From an uncultured Methanosarcinaceae archaeon (GTDB taxonomy: Archaea > Halobacteriota > Methanosarcinia > Methanosarcinales > Methanosarcinaceae), in assembly GCA_963847185.1 (NCBI GenBank), contig CAWJYV010000008.1:32001-96000 (forward strand): a DNA stretch of 64,000 bases, in the 5' to 3' direction. The notes under the pieces are model-generated. The model made no database searches and had not been told where the DNA came from. It saw only the letters and a list, made by a program, of their open reading frames with translations. Numbering within the stretch: position 1 is the stretch's first letter; every line of letters begins with the position of its first letter. Below, piece by piece: positions 53,388 to 64,000 of this stretch. The translations under genes were made by a program, and so were the position numbers.

Positions 53388-54650
53388 ATGTTTTCAAAGG
53401 ATCTTCCCTTCACAAAAAAGGATATTCTGGAAATAATGGAAAAATATCCTACTCCGTTTCACATTTACGATGAAAGAGCCATTCTGGATAATGCCAGAAA
53501 AATGAAAGCAGCTTTCAGGGAAGTTCCCGGTTTTAAGGAATTTTTTGCCGTAAAAGCACTTCCAAATCCATTTATTCTTAAGATCCTCAAAGAAGAGGGT
53601 TTTGGCGCGGATTGCAGTTCCCTGCCTGAGTTAATCCTTGCTGAAAGAGCAGGAATGACTGGTGAAGATATTATGTTTAGCTCAAATGACACTCCTTCCG
53701 AAGAGTTCGTGAAGGCAAAAGGGCTTGGAGCTTACATAAATCTTGATGATATAAGCCATATTGACTACCTTGAGAAACATGCGGGACTTCCGGAAATCGT
53801 CTGTTTCAGGTATAATCCAGGCCCTCTTAAGGAAGGAAATGCCATCATAGGAAAACCGGAAGAAGCAAAATACGGTTTTACAAGAGACCAGCTTTTTGAG
53901 GGCTACCGCATACTCAGGGATAAGGGAGTTAAGCGTTTCGGGATGCACACAATGGTAGCCTCAAACGAGCTCAATCCTGATTATTTTGTGGAAACCGCAA
54001 GACTTCTCTTTGAACTGATAGTCGAAATCTCAAACGAGCTCGGCATAGTGTTTGAATTTGTGAATCTTGGCGGAGGCATAGGAATTCCCTACAGGCCTGA
54101 TCAGGAACCTGTTTCCTTGGAAGCCGTGGCAAAAGGTGCCAAAGAAGCTTACGAGACTACAATCACTGCAAACGGGCTGCATCCGCTTAAAGTCTTCCTT
54201 GAATGCGGTCGTGTAATTACAGGTCCCTATGGTTACCTTATTTCCCAGGTAAGGCATCTCAAGCATACTTACAAGGACTATGTTGGAATGGATTCCTGTA
54301 TGGCCAACCTGATGCGTCCGGGCATATACGGCGCTTACCATCACATAACTGTGCTTGGAAAAGAAAAGGAGGCTCCTGTCCGAAAGTACGACGTAACAGG
54401 TTCCCTCTGCGAGAACAATGATAAATTTGCAATCGACAGGCCTCTTCCTGAAATAGAAATCGGGAATATCCTAGTAATTCACGATGCTGGAGCTCATGGG
54501 CATGCGATGGGTTTCAATTACAATGGAAAACTCCGTTCTGCCGAACTTCTCCTGAGAGAGGATGGAAGCGTTGTGCAGATCCGCAGGGCAGAAACCATCG
54601 AGGACTATTTTGCAACCCTTGATTTCCAGGCTCTGGAAAACTTCAGGTGA
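53388..54650 (+). CDS. lysA: Diaminopimelate decarboxylase
   Basis: TPFHIYDE, FAVKALP, NLGGGIG, ECGR, GSLCE. Confidence 0.92.
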   Translation: MFSKDLPFTKKDILEIMEKYPTPFHIYDERAILDNARKMKAAFREVPGFKEFFAVKALPNPFILKILKEEGFGADCSSLPELILAERAGMTGEDIMFSSNDTPSEEFVKAKGLGAYINLDDISHIDYLEKHAGLPEIVCFRYNPGPLKEGNAIIGKPEEAKYGFTRDQLFEGYRILRDKGVKRFGMHTMVASNELNPDYFVETARLLFELIVEISNELGIVFEFVNLGGGIGIPYRPDQEPVSLEAVAKGAKEAYETTITANGLHPLKVFLECGRVITGPYGYLISQVRHLKHTYKDYVGMDSCMANLMRPGIYGAYHHITVLGKEKEAPVRKYDVTGSLCENNDKFAIDRPLPEIEIGNILVIHDAGAHGHAMGFNYNGKLRSAELLLREDGSVVQIRRAETIEDYFATLDFQALENFR

Positions 54651-54715
54651 AAGGCATTCAATAAAAGTTAGAAGTGCATTCAAAGAAATGCATTTCAAAA
54701 AAGAATCAATTAATA

Positions 54716-54748
54716 CAGGTAGCAGCAGAAGATCTAACTGCTTACCTG
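54716..54748. terminator. Hairpin between convergent lysA and DUF2148 genes
   Basis: CAGGTAGCAG...CTGCTTACCTG. Confidence 0.45.
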
Positions 54749-54818
54749 AATAATCTTTTTTAGTTGGATAGATTTAATATAAACAGACTTCGACAAAACA
54801 GGTCTAAAACTTTATTTC

Positions 54819-55373
54819 TCAACCTTTTCTCGTGGATTCCCGATCAAAGAAGATATTCTTTCCTTTCACACTTAGAGGAAGTCCCATAGCCACATCTGCA
54901 TCTATCATTTTGAAGTAACAGGCAGCAGCGCCTGCGGAATAAAGGACGCGGTTGTCAATACAGAGATCTTTTGCCTTTGCAGCTGCAGATCCAACGGCAA
55001 TCCCAAGATCAAGGTACTTAATCATACACTGAGGACCGAGAAACTCTTTTTGCACTTTTTCGTGCTCAAGCATTTCCTTACAGGTTCCAAATCCGCAGCC
55101 CCCGCAGTCCAGATTGCTCACTCCGGATGCCTTTAAACCTATAAGAATAATGGCGTCAGAATCTCTTAAGTTTTGAGCATCCCTGATGAGAAACTTCAGG
55201 TTTTTGATTTCGCTCAACTCTTCCATTCTATTTGCAAGTTCGGATTTCTCTTCAGGAGAAAGTAGAAAGGTTACAATATCGTCTATACCTTTACCTTTAG
55301 GAGCTGTCCGGGCTGCGGTGAGGATAATTTTAGCAAGCATATCAAGCGATTCGAGTTCAGGATTCAATTTCAT
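54819..55373 (-). CDS. DUF2148 ferredoxin-domain-containing (nitroreductase-like) protein
   Basis: AARTAPKGKG, DCGGCGFGTC, DLGIAVGSA, DNRVLY, KNIFFDR. Confidence 0.85.
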   Translation of the reverse strand: MKLNPELESLDMLAKIILTAARTAPKGKGIDDIVTFLLSPEEKSELANRMEELSEIKNLKFLIRDAQNLRDSDAIILIGLKASGVSNLDCGGCGFGTCKEMLEHEKVQKEFLGPQCMIKYLDLGIAVGSAAAKAKDLCIDNRVLYSAGAAACYFKMIDADVAMGLPLSVKGKNIFFDRESTRKG

Positions 55374-55487
55374 GAGAAGAAGTTGGAAATAATATTATTT
55401 ATATTCTGAACCACCCAAGGAAGGAGTTTGACTTTAGCTTTTTACAAAATTATTTAGATGCTCAGAACGATATATTAATGATCACAT

Positions 55488-55826
55488 ATGACTCCTGAGG
55501 AAGCTGCAAAAAGAAAAAAAGAATGGGTAGCAAAGATGAAACGCGAAGGCAAAATGAAAGAGGACATGACCGAAGATCATAAAGCCTGCCTCAATGCCCT
55601 TCAGAATCCTGTCCGCAGAAATATCCTTAAAGCCCTGGTTGGGCAGAAGAAATCCTTAGAAGAGATCAAAACCGAGTTCAAGCTTACGGATTCTCAGGCA
55701 AGTTACAATCTTAATATGCTCGAAAGTACTCTCTGCATCGAAAAAGAAGAAAAGGAAAGGGTTACACATTATTTCCTGACTCCAAGGGGAGAAGGATATG
55801 TGGAAAATGTGGAATTGAAAAAATGA
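55488..55826 (+). CDS. ArsR-like winged-helix transcriptional regulator
   Basis: ALQNPVRRNILKAL, YNLNMLE, YFLTPRG. Confidence 0.8.
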   Translation: MTPEEAAKRKKEWVAKMKREGKMKEDMTEDHKACLNALQNPVRRNILKALVGQKKSLEEIKTEFKLTDSQASYNLNMLESTLCIEKEEKERVTHYFLTPRGEGYVENVELKK

Positions 55827-55905
55827 AGCAGGACTCAAGAATATCTTTTGTTCCATGCTTGAGAATCTGCTTTAATATTGGTTATAAGGGCTTAAACAAA
55901 AGGAC

Positions 55906-57072
<1,167 letters not shown>

Positions 57073-57415
57073 TCATTCCTCAATGTTAATTGTAAGTTTA
57101 TTTTTAAAATTACCAAGATATAAATCTGGATTTACGGCTTATTAAGCTCAAAAGAGCCAGTATAATTTTATCTAATCGATACTTCCAGCCAAATTACCGT
57201 ATCTGAAGTTTTCTTTGTATTAAATCAGAATACGCAGAGAATTAATAAAAAAGTATTCCAAAGAGTTAGAAGACTTATATAAAGTAAAGGCTTGCTAAAA
57301 AATACCCCGAGGTCCGCAAGCAAGAAAACTCTGGACCAGTTGAAAAAGAAGGCAAAACGTCTCCTTAAAGACGTTCTTCAGCCATTTTCAATTATTCCTA
57401 AAGTGTTTTGGTATT

Positions 57416-57697
57416 TCAGGCATTTACCGCTTTGCTAAAGACATCAATAAATTCATCACACTCAGCGATAATTATCGAAGCTGCATCCTTTAAGACCTCA
57501 ATAGGGTCAGCACCGTTATTGGTTTTTATGTAAAGGATAGGGTCACTAATGCTTACGTGTTTCATGTCATAAAAGGCAATCTCAACTCTTTCGTCTTTGA
57601 TCAGGAGATCTTTAAGCATATTGAGAAGAGTGTGAGTTTCGCCTTTGAGCTCAACTTCAAGCTCGTTTTCTGTTTTGGAAAGAATATTTAGTTCCAT
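57416..57697 (-). CDS. rpoL: RNA polymerase subunit Rpo11 (L)
   Basis: GETHTLLNML, downstream of csl4. Confidence 0.93.
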   Translation of the reverse strand: MELNILSKTENELEVELKGETHTLLNMLKDLLIKDERVEIAFYDMKHVSISDPILYIKTNNGADPIEVLKDAASIIIAECDEFIDVFSKAVNA

Positions 57698-57773
57698 TGA
57701 TAATCACCTGTAAATGGTGAGTGATATTTTTACTCTGAAGAAACCTTTACTTTTTCAGGAGAGGGGAGAAAAT

Positions 57774-58754
57774 TTATTTGATCCCTTTCCCGTACTCAGT
57801 TGAGATTTTACGAGTTTCAACCATATTGCAGATCGGGCATTTAAGCTTTTTCCCTTCAAGTACCAGTTCTCCTCTGCAATTAGAGCAATAAGCCTTCACG
57901 ACTCCGAGGGAATCTTCAGCTGTGGTCAGGCGCATTCTGTCAGCATCGACGACTCTGGCCCTGATTATGTCGGAGGGTCTGAACTCGTCTGCAAGTCTTT
58001 TTACGTAAGAATCCCTTACATTTGATACATGAACGTCACCAAGCCTTAAGTTTACGATTTCCCTGCTTTCTTTACCTTCAATTCCTGCAACTTCCACCAT
58101 TGCCCCGGATTCACGCACATCTGTGATTCTTCCATATACAATATCTCCCACTTTAAGAATATTGGGAGTAAGGGTATTTGGCTTGACCGAAACTATTCTG
58201 GCTTTTCGATCAATCCTCACATTTCCGGTGGCAGTAGAGAGAATATCTCCTGCAGAAATGGCTGCTCCACTTCCTGGTTTGAACTCCTCTGTTGTTCCAA
58301 TAAGTTCGCCTGGAATGACAAATTTTCCTACTTCAAGCTCACTTTCAGGCGTCTCTCTATCGCGGGGAGTCCTGTAATCAGCAGTGTCTCTATTATCTCT
58401 GGGAGTTTTCTTTGGATAAGGAGCCCGCCTTTTTTTGCCCTGATCTCGAGCCTGATCTCTGGGCTGACTCTTATATTGGTCTCGAGCCTGATCTCTTGAT
58501 TGCCCCTTATACTGGTCCCTTGCCTGATCTTTAAATTGGTCTCGAGCCTGATCTCTTGACTGCCCCTTATACTGGTCCCTTGCCTGATCTTTAAATTGGT
58601 CTCGAGCCTGATCCCTTGGCTGCCCCTTATACTGGTCCCTTGAGTAATCCTTATTTTCTGAAGCAACCTGAGTTTCTTTCTCAGAAACCGGCTTTTCTTC
58701 TCTTGGACCTGTCAATTTCTTCCTTGTAGTCTTATTTTTTCGGATTCTAATCAT
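57774..58754 (-). CDS. csl4: Exosome RNA-binding protein Csl4 with long repetitive N-terminal extension
   Basis: FVIPGE, S1 domain, Zn ribbon CSNC...CPIC..ETRK; DQ(Y/F/A)x repeats in the N-terminus. Confidence 0.92.
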   Translation of the reverse strand: MIRIRKNKTTRKKLTGPREEKPVSEKETQVASENKDYSRDQYKGQPRDQARDQFKDQARDQYKGQSRDQARDQFKDQARDQYKGQSRDQARDQYKSQPRDQARDQGKKRRAPYPKKTPRDNRDTADYRTPRDRETPESELEVGKFVIPGELIGTTEEFKPGSGAAISAGDILSTATGNVRIDRKARIVSVKPNTLTPNILKVGDIVYGRITDVRESGAMVEVAGIEGKESREIVNLRLGDVHVSNVRDSYVKRLADEFRPSDIIRARVVDADRMRLTTAEDSLGVVKAYCSNCRGELVLEGKKLKCPICNMVETRKISTEYGKGIK

Positions 58755-58812
58755 GATCCCTCGTTATAATTATCATTAGTAGCGGATATCTCGTAACCGT
58801 ATCGATTCATGA

Positions 58813-58895
58813 ATTAAGTTCTTAGAGTATTGTCAAATATTAAGTTCTTAGAGTATTGTCAAATATTAAGTTCTTAGAGTATTGTCAAATATTAA
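58813..58895. repeat. 26-bp intergenic tandem repeat x3
   Basis: ATTAAGTTCTTAGAGTATTGTCAAAT at 58813, 58839 and 58865 with no spacers. Confidence 0.92.
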
Positions 58896-59029
58896 TATCA
58901 AGTGTCAAATACTAATATCAAGTATTAGATCTACCAAGTATTAGATCCCAAATATATTCACCTTTTGAAATAAAGCCCTGAGGCATGATGCTATAAAGCG
59001 TGAAGCTGAAACAGTACTGAATTCCGAAT

Positions 59030-59623
59030 TCATTCAGAGACAGTGATCCTGTAGATCTCTACTTCAATCACTTCTCTTTCCTTTTTATGAAAGTCGAAGG
59101 TTCGTTTTATAGGGAACTTCGCAACGTAAGAATGTGTAATGATCGCAGGCTTAATGAACTTTTGGATAAAAGCAAGGCTTCCACGATTGTGAATTGAATA
59201 TATTACTTCACTTGTTCTTAATGCTGACGAAAGAAATGGCCTGTCTCTTCCCTTTGTCCTTGCCCCGAACGGAGGGTTCATAAGCGTCGTTTTTACGTGT
59301 TCCGTGACTTCCGTAATATCCGAAAGTACAAACTCAACTTCTGCTTCAAGCCTTCTGGCGTTTTCTTTTGCAATTTCAAGTGCTTTTGGGTCCGTATCGT
59401 ACCCCACAGCCTTTCTGGCTCCCAGCAGTTTTGCCCCGATTGCAAGGATCCCTGTCCCACAGCCCAGATCCTGGACCGAGTCCTCAAGATCCCCCTGCAT
59501 ATAAGCGAAATGCAGAATCTCTGCAGCTAGAAGAGAGGGAGTCTGGTACTGCTCCAGCTCAAGTTCCGGATCGGAAAATCCCTCTATTTCTTCAAGCAGT
59601 ATTTCAAGTTTTCTTTGTTTCAT
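59030..59623 (-). CDS. METTL5-family RNA methyltransferase
   Basis: [21 protein letters not shown]. Confidence 0.9.
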   Translation of the reverse strand: MKQRKLEILLEEIEGFSDPELELEQYQTPSLLAAEILHFAYMQGDLEDSVQDLGCGTGILAIGAKLLGARKAVGYDTDPKALEIAKENARRLEAEVEFVLSDITEVTEHVKTTLMNPPFGARTKGRDRPFLSSALRTSEVIYSIHNRGSLAFIQKFIKPAIITHSYVAKFPIKRTFDFHKKEREVIEVEIYRITVSE

Positions 59624-59703
59624 TTCATTCCGACTTCAATTTCTTAAATAAACCAGATTTTAATTTCTTATATCAAACCTGATCTAATCCCTGAATTAGA
59701 AGT

Positions 59704-60711
59704 TTATACTGGATCTTCTGTAATTTCATCGAGCACAAGCTTTTCCCATTCCCTTTCTCCAAGGACAATCTCAAACTCCTGAGGTGTAAGCATAGGAGAC
59801 GGGAAACGCCCTACCTCATCAACAGCAAGCCTTGGACAGGCTGTATTTACGAAAGCGTCCACTTTAAACTGGAGTAACTGGTCAGGAGTAACCAGATCAA
59901 TCAGGATTAGATATGCTTCTTTTCCATGCTTTTTTGCAAGTTCCTTCAAAGAAGAAGCAAGTCCCATTCTTTTCTGCCCGTTTTTGCTTGAAACTATTAT
60001 CCCGAAGACCTTAGCATCCAGAGACTTTGCGATTACCGCACTCCTCTGACGGAGAACTCTTGAAGGATCAACCTCGCGAACCTCTCCTGAAAGAGGGTCA
60101 GCTGCAAGAACGCGTTTCTTTGTGGAAAGAGCTACACCTAAAGGATGGAAATCTCCGCTTCCTATGTAAAGGTACTCATCGCAGCTTTCAGCCCTTGCTG
60201 CCGAAAAGTTACAGCCCAGCACCTGCCCGGGATAGGCAAGTCTGGAATCCCCATGCCCGATCACACAGATCTTTCCACTGGCCTCAAGGACAGCGCAGGC
60301 TTCAGGCAGTTTATGGACGTGCTGAACCGTGGTAATCAGCCCTATTTTCTGCCCTTCAAGCTCAGGCACAGCTTTTTCAACAACAGGCCGGACATCAACT
60401 GCAGAACGTGTTTCTATGAAATAAACCTTCTCTGAGAGTTTTGCGTCCTCAAGTTCCGCATGCCCAAAGTGGAAGAGAATTTCCACCTGCTCAAGCAAGG
60501 TGCTGTCCAGGTCACAGGCCCCAAAGCAGGGATCTCCGGAAATGAGAATTTCAGCTCCAGTAGCCTCCTCTACTCTTTTTGCAAGCTCAGCACCTTTTCT
60601 TTTGAGCCCCTCAGGAAACTGAAAGCCAACTGTCTTTGCTCCCGACTTCCTGATCACATTAATAATATATTCAGGCCTTAAGTCAAAAGCTTCACTGATC
60701 CCCAAAGACAT
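59704..60711 (-). CDS. dph2: Diphthamide biosynthesis enzyme Dph2
   Basis: QFPEGLK, CFGACD, GQVLGC, NTACPR. Confidence 0.94.
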   Translation of the reverse strand: MSLGISEAFDLRPEYIINVIRKSGAKTVGFQFPEGLKRKGAELAKRVEEATGAEILISGDPCFGACDLDSTLLEQVEILFHFGHAELEDAKLSEKVYFIETRSAVDVRPVVEKAVPELEGQKIGLITTVQHVHKLPEACAVLEASGKICVIGHGDSRLAYPGQVLGCNFSAARAESCDEYLYIGSGDFHPLGVALSTKKRVLAADPLSGEVREVDPSRVLRQRSAVIAKSLDAKVFGIIVSSKNGQKRMGLASSLKELAKKHGKEAYLILIDLVTPDQLLQFKVDAFVNTACPRLAVDEVGRFPSPMLTPQEFEIVLGEREWEKLVLDEITEDPV

Positions 60712-61264
60712 TCTGAATCTCCACACCTTTCTCGCTCACATCAATTGTGACGAGAATCTTGGGTTCAACCCCAAGCTCCTTTATTTTTAAATAGCCGTCT
60801 CCTCTTCCGATAACTGAAATCACATCAAGGATCTCAACACCCATGTTCTTCAGTGCCTTCACGAGTGCGAGTAATGTTCCACCAGTACTGATTACATCAT
60901 CCACGATAATTACTCTGTCTCCTTTCTTAAGCCCATTTATATAAAGGGCTCCTTTTGAGTACCCCGTGCTCTGAGAAAGCTCAACTTCTCCTTCAAGGAA
61001 ATAAGGCCTCTTCCGAACAATAGTCAAAGGAATTCCTGTTTTCAGAGAAAGGGCATTTGCTACTGGAATACCCATAGCCTCAATCGTAAGAATGGTGTCG
61101 ATCTTCTTAATATCGGTAATCTGGAGAATATATTCTGCGATCTCCTCAACCATATGGGGGTCTATTGAAGGTACGCCGTCAGATATCGGATGGATAAAGT
61201 AATTGTATTCTCCTCGCTTGATTATAGGAGAATTGATGAGGGAGCTTTTAAGTCTTTCAAGCAT
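60692..61264 (-). CDS. hpt: Hypoxanthine/guanine phosphoribosyltransferase
   Basis: [27 protein letters not shown]. Confidence 0.9.
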   Translation of the reverse strand: MLERLKSSLINSPIIKRGEYNYFIHPISDGVPSIDPHMVEEIAEYILQITDIKKIDTILTIEAMGIPVANALSLKTGIPLTIVRKRPYFLEGEVELSQSTGYSKGALYINGLKKGDRVIIVDDVISTGGTLLALVKALKNMGVEILDVISVIGRGDGYLKIKELGVEPKILVTIDVSEKGVEIQNVFGDQ

Positions 61265-61631
61265 AGTATTAACTTCCTTTGGCTTTTATAATGTCCTGTA
61301 AGTGGTAATCTGGTTTAAATAATTCCTTTGAAGAATCCCGCAATATTATCGTAAGTCAGATACATTGTCACATATAAGCAGGCATACATATGCGAACATA
61401 CTATGGAAGGAGGAAAAATTAATTTCAGGAAAAATCAAAGTACAATAAATAACTTTGGTTTTTCTAATCCGTGCATCTAGCCTCATGAAAACTAACAGTA
61501 AATAATCATATCAGTATTAATAAGTTTAAGGATAAATCTGAAGCAAATAAGATAATCAGAAAATTTGAAGAAACTGTGCGTATAAAAGGTGTGTGTATAA
61601 AAGGAAATATTATAAAGTAAAGATTAAAAAA

Positions 61632-62561
61632 TCAAGGACAGACAATAGTATCAAAAAGTCCTGCTACTAATTCTGCCAGTTCCTTGCTCTTTTCAATAGA
61701 GGTCATCAGGGTGTCGGCACGGGCAGCGCGGCATCCAAGTCGTTCAAATGCGAATTCGTCTGCCTGATCTCTTTCATCAAAAACAAAAATATCCAGGAAG
61801 TCCTGATAATATTCTGCAACCCCCATTGAGGAGACTTCAAGCCCACAGGCCTGCATAAGCTTTCCGGCAGGTCCGCTTACAGGGGCATTTCCAATAATGG
61901 GGCTAACTGCAACGACCTTTTTCTTTTCCAGTATTTCTTTCATTCCCGGAAGAGAAATAATAGGACCTATACTCGTAATTGGGTTACTTGGGCCTATAAG
62001 GACTTTATCGTCGTTTTCAAGAGCTTCGAGTACCTTTGGAGATATTGAAGCTTCAGGAATTCCCCTTATGTCAACTCCGAGAACCTCGGGCTCCCCATGT
62101 TTTCCGACCCAGAAATCCTGGAAATGCATGATACCTTCAGGGGTTTCTATATAAGTAGAAACAGGATCATCAGACATTGGCAAAATTCTTGCGTCAATTC
62201 CGAAAACGGAAGCGAGTTTTAAAGTTGCCTCTGTGAGGGAACCTCCATCCCTTATTAAATTCGAGCGAATGATATGGGTTGCCCGGTCTTTGTCTCCTAG
62301 CTTCATATTTTCATTGACTCCCAGTTCCTGCATGCGCTCATAGGTCTCAAAGGAGTCGTCTTTTATTCCCCACCATCTCTTCCTGTCAATCTGATCCGAG
62401 AACAGGTAGAGTACCGTATCCAGATCCGGACAGATCAGGTTTCCCGAAATCCAGAGATCTTCGGCAGTATTTACAACAACGGTCAGTTCCTCTTCTGGGA
62501 GGATTTCCTTGAGTCCTTCAAGGAGCTTTGGAGTTCCGGTGCCGCCTGAAAATATAATCAT
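61632..62561 (-). CDS. cofD: 2-phospho-L-lactate transferase (F420 biosynthesis)
   Basis: SGGTGTPKL, CPDLDTV, HFQDFWV, GPSNPITSI, SGPA. Confidence 0.95.
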   Translation of the reverse strand: MIIFSGGTGTPKLLEGLKEILPEEELTVVVNTAEDLWISGNLICPDLDTVLYLFSDQIDRKRWWGIKDDSFETYERMQELGVNENMKLGDKDRATHIIRSNLIRDGGSLTEATLKLASVFGIDARILPMSDDPVSTYIETPEGIMHFQDFWVGKHGEPEVLGVDIRGIPEASISPKVLEALENDDKVLIGPSNPITSIGPIISLPGMKEILEKKKVVAVSPIIGNAPVSGPAGKLMQACGLEVSSMGVAEYYQDFLDIFVFDERDQADEFAFERLGCRAARADTLMTSIEKSKELAELVAGLFDTIVCP

Positions 62562-62674
62562 GATAATACCTTTCCAGATTTTTTTAAATATTCGGATAGA
62601 GGGTACTTCTGCAGGTATTAATAGCATTTGAGTAATAGTAACAGCAATATATAATGACATCTGTCTAAAGAATT

Positions 62675-63871
62675 ATGAGAGTTGTCCTTGATCCCATACA
62701 CGGCTACATCGAACTGGATGATTTAGTTAGGGAACTTCTTGATACTCCCCAGATGCAGCGCCTCAGAAGGGTCAGACAGCTTGGATTTTCAAACCTTGTC
62801 TATCCAGGAGCAAACCATACTCGCTTTGAACACTCTCTCGGTTCAATGCATCTTGCTTCTATGCTGGCCAGAAATTTGGATTCAGTTGAAAAAGACAAAA
62901 AAAATGAGATAAGGGCTGCAGCCCTTTTGCACGATGTGGGACACGGGCCTTTTTCCCATGTTACGGAAAATGTTATTGACAAATACACGCGGTGCAGGCA
63001 CGATGATATAAAAGAAGTAATTGGAAGGGGAGAAATAAAGGAAATATTGATGAAATATGGAATTTCTCCGGGAAACCTTGCAAAACACGTAAGAGGAGAA
63101 ACTTCTTTAGGGCAGATCCTCAGCAGTGAGATTGATGTGGACAGAATGGATTATCTTGTCCGGGATGCCCATTACACAGGTGTTGCCTTTGGAGTTGTGG
63201 ATTATAACCGTCTGATAAATCAGATGGACTTTTATGAGGATAGACTTGTTGTCAATCAGGGTGGGCTGAAGGCAGCCGAATCCCTCCTTGTCTCACGTTT
63301 CTGGATGAACACATCGGTCTACTACCACCACGTAACCAGAATCTCGGAAGCCATGTGTTCCAAAGCAGTGGAATGCATGATAGAAAACCAGGAACTTGAC
63401 CCCTTCAGACTCAGGCAGATGGATGATATAGACCTTCTTGCAGCGATGAGAAATGCCACAGGATACGCAGGGGAACTTTCACGGCGGCTGGACGCCCGAG
63501 AACTTTATAAGCGCGCCCTATATGTGGGCCTGGAAAATGTAGGAAAAGACGTACTCAGATACAGGGATAAAATCCAGAGGGTGGAAACCGAAATTGCGGA
63601 GCTCGCAGACGTTGAGCCTCAGCATGTCCTTGTGGATATCCCAAAGACTCCTGAAATGTTAGAAATGCGGGCCATGATAAAAACTGACCAAAGGATGATC
63701 CCGCTTAACGAGGTTTCCCATTTTGTATCTATTCTGCAAGAGGCTCATATGGACAACTGGAGAATGGGAGTATACAGCCCAAAAGAACACTGTGAAACTG
63801 TGGGAAAGGCTGCTAAAGATTATTTTGGGGTTAAAAAGGCCCTAAAACAGTTTAAATTAACTGATCTCTGA
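62675..63871 (+). CDS. HD-domain phosphohydrolase (dNTPase/SAMHD1-like)
   Basis: DPIHG, QRLRRVRQLG, HTRFEHSLG, LHDVGHGPFSH, DVDRMDYLVRD. Confidence 0.92.
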   Translation: MRVVLDPIHGYIELDDLVRELLDTPQMQRLRRVRQLGFSNLVYPGANHTRFEHSLGSMHLASMLARNLDSVEKDKKNEIRAAALLHDVGHGPFSHVTENVIDKYTRCRHDDIKEVIGRGEIKEILMKYGISPGNLAKHVRGETSLGQILSSEIDVDRMDYLVRDAHYTGVAFGVVDYNRLINQMDFYEDRLVVNQGGLKAAESLLVSRFWMNTSVYYHHVTRISEAMCSKAVECMIENQELDPFRLRQMDDIDLLAAMRNATGYAGELSRRLDARELYKRALYVGLENVGKDVLRYRDKIQRVETEIAELADVEPQHVLVDIPKTPEMLEMRAMIKTDQRMIPLNEVSHFVSILQEAHMDNWRMGVYSPKEHCETVGKAAKDYFGVKKALKQFKLTDL

Positions 63872-64000
63872 TATAATAGATGAAAAGAGAAATTTAAAGG
63901 AAAAACTATATTTTTCACTTAGAGTCAGGTTTTTTAGAGTCAGATTTTTAAAGGCTGCAGCTTAATAGTTCTGGAGCCTTATATAAAAACAGGATTATTT

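Noticed and set aside
58813-58895. 26-bp repeats as a CRISPR array
   Set aside because: Units abut with no spacers and there are no cas genes

Overview
64 kb of a Methanosarcina chromosome, identified from the mcrBDCGA operon with its promoter, MC1, pscS and gene order. Most of it is core genome: form III RuBisCO, Sua5, PolD large subunit, mmp10-mcrBDCGA-mcmA, aroA, thyA, htpX, gatCAB, methanogenesis marker 14, mptA, argB, RaSEA, GMP synthase B, tRNA-Gly(CCC), ligase-PolX, lysA, pscS, rpoL, csl4, dph2, hpt, cofD and an HD hydrolase. The main accessory region is about 39.5-49.2 kb, downstream of the tRNA 3' end. It holds the best candidate for an undescribed system: two paralogous small secreted proteins that share a signal peptide and a near-invariant 29-aa C-terminus around unrelated repeat cores ((DDLGIG)5 versus GGC/W-rich). 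Each gene is followed by a homologous ~125-nt structured 3' element, and nearby are a Met/Asn-rich secreted repeat protein and an exact 467-bp tandem duplication. Other notable signals are an in-frame amber codon in the ATP-dependent DNA ligase (possible pyrrolysine), a probable ATA start codon, a multi-conformation mcrB leader, a 47-aa ORF missing from the ORF track and several frameshifted accessory genes. All calls come from reading the sequence and recognising motifs; no searches or folding programs were run.
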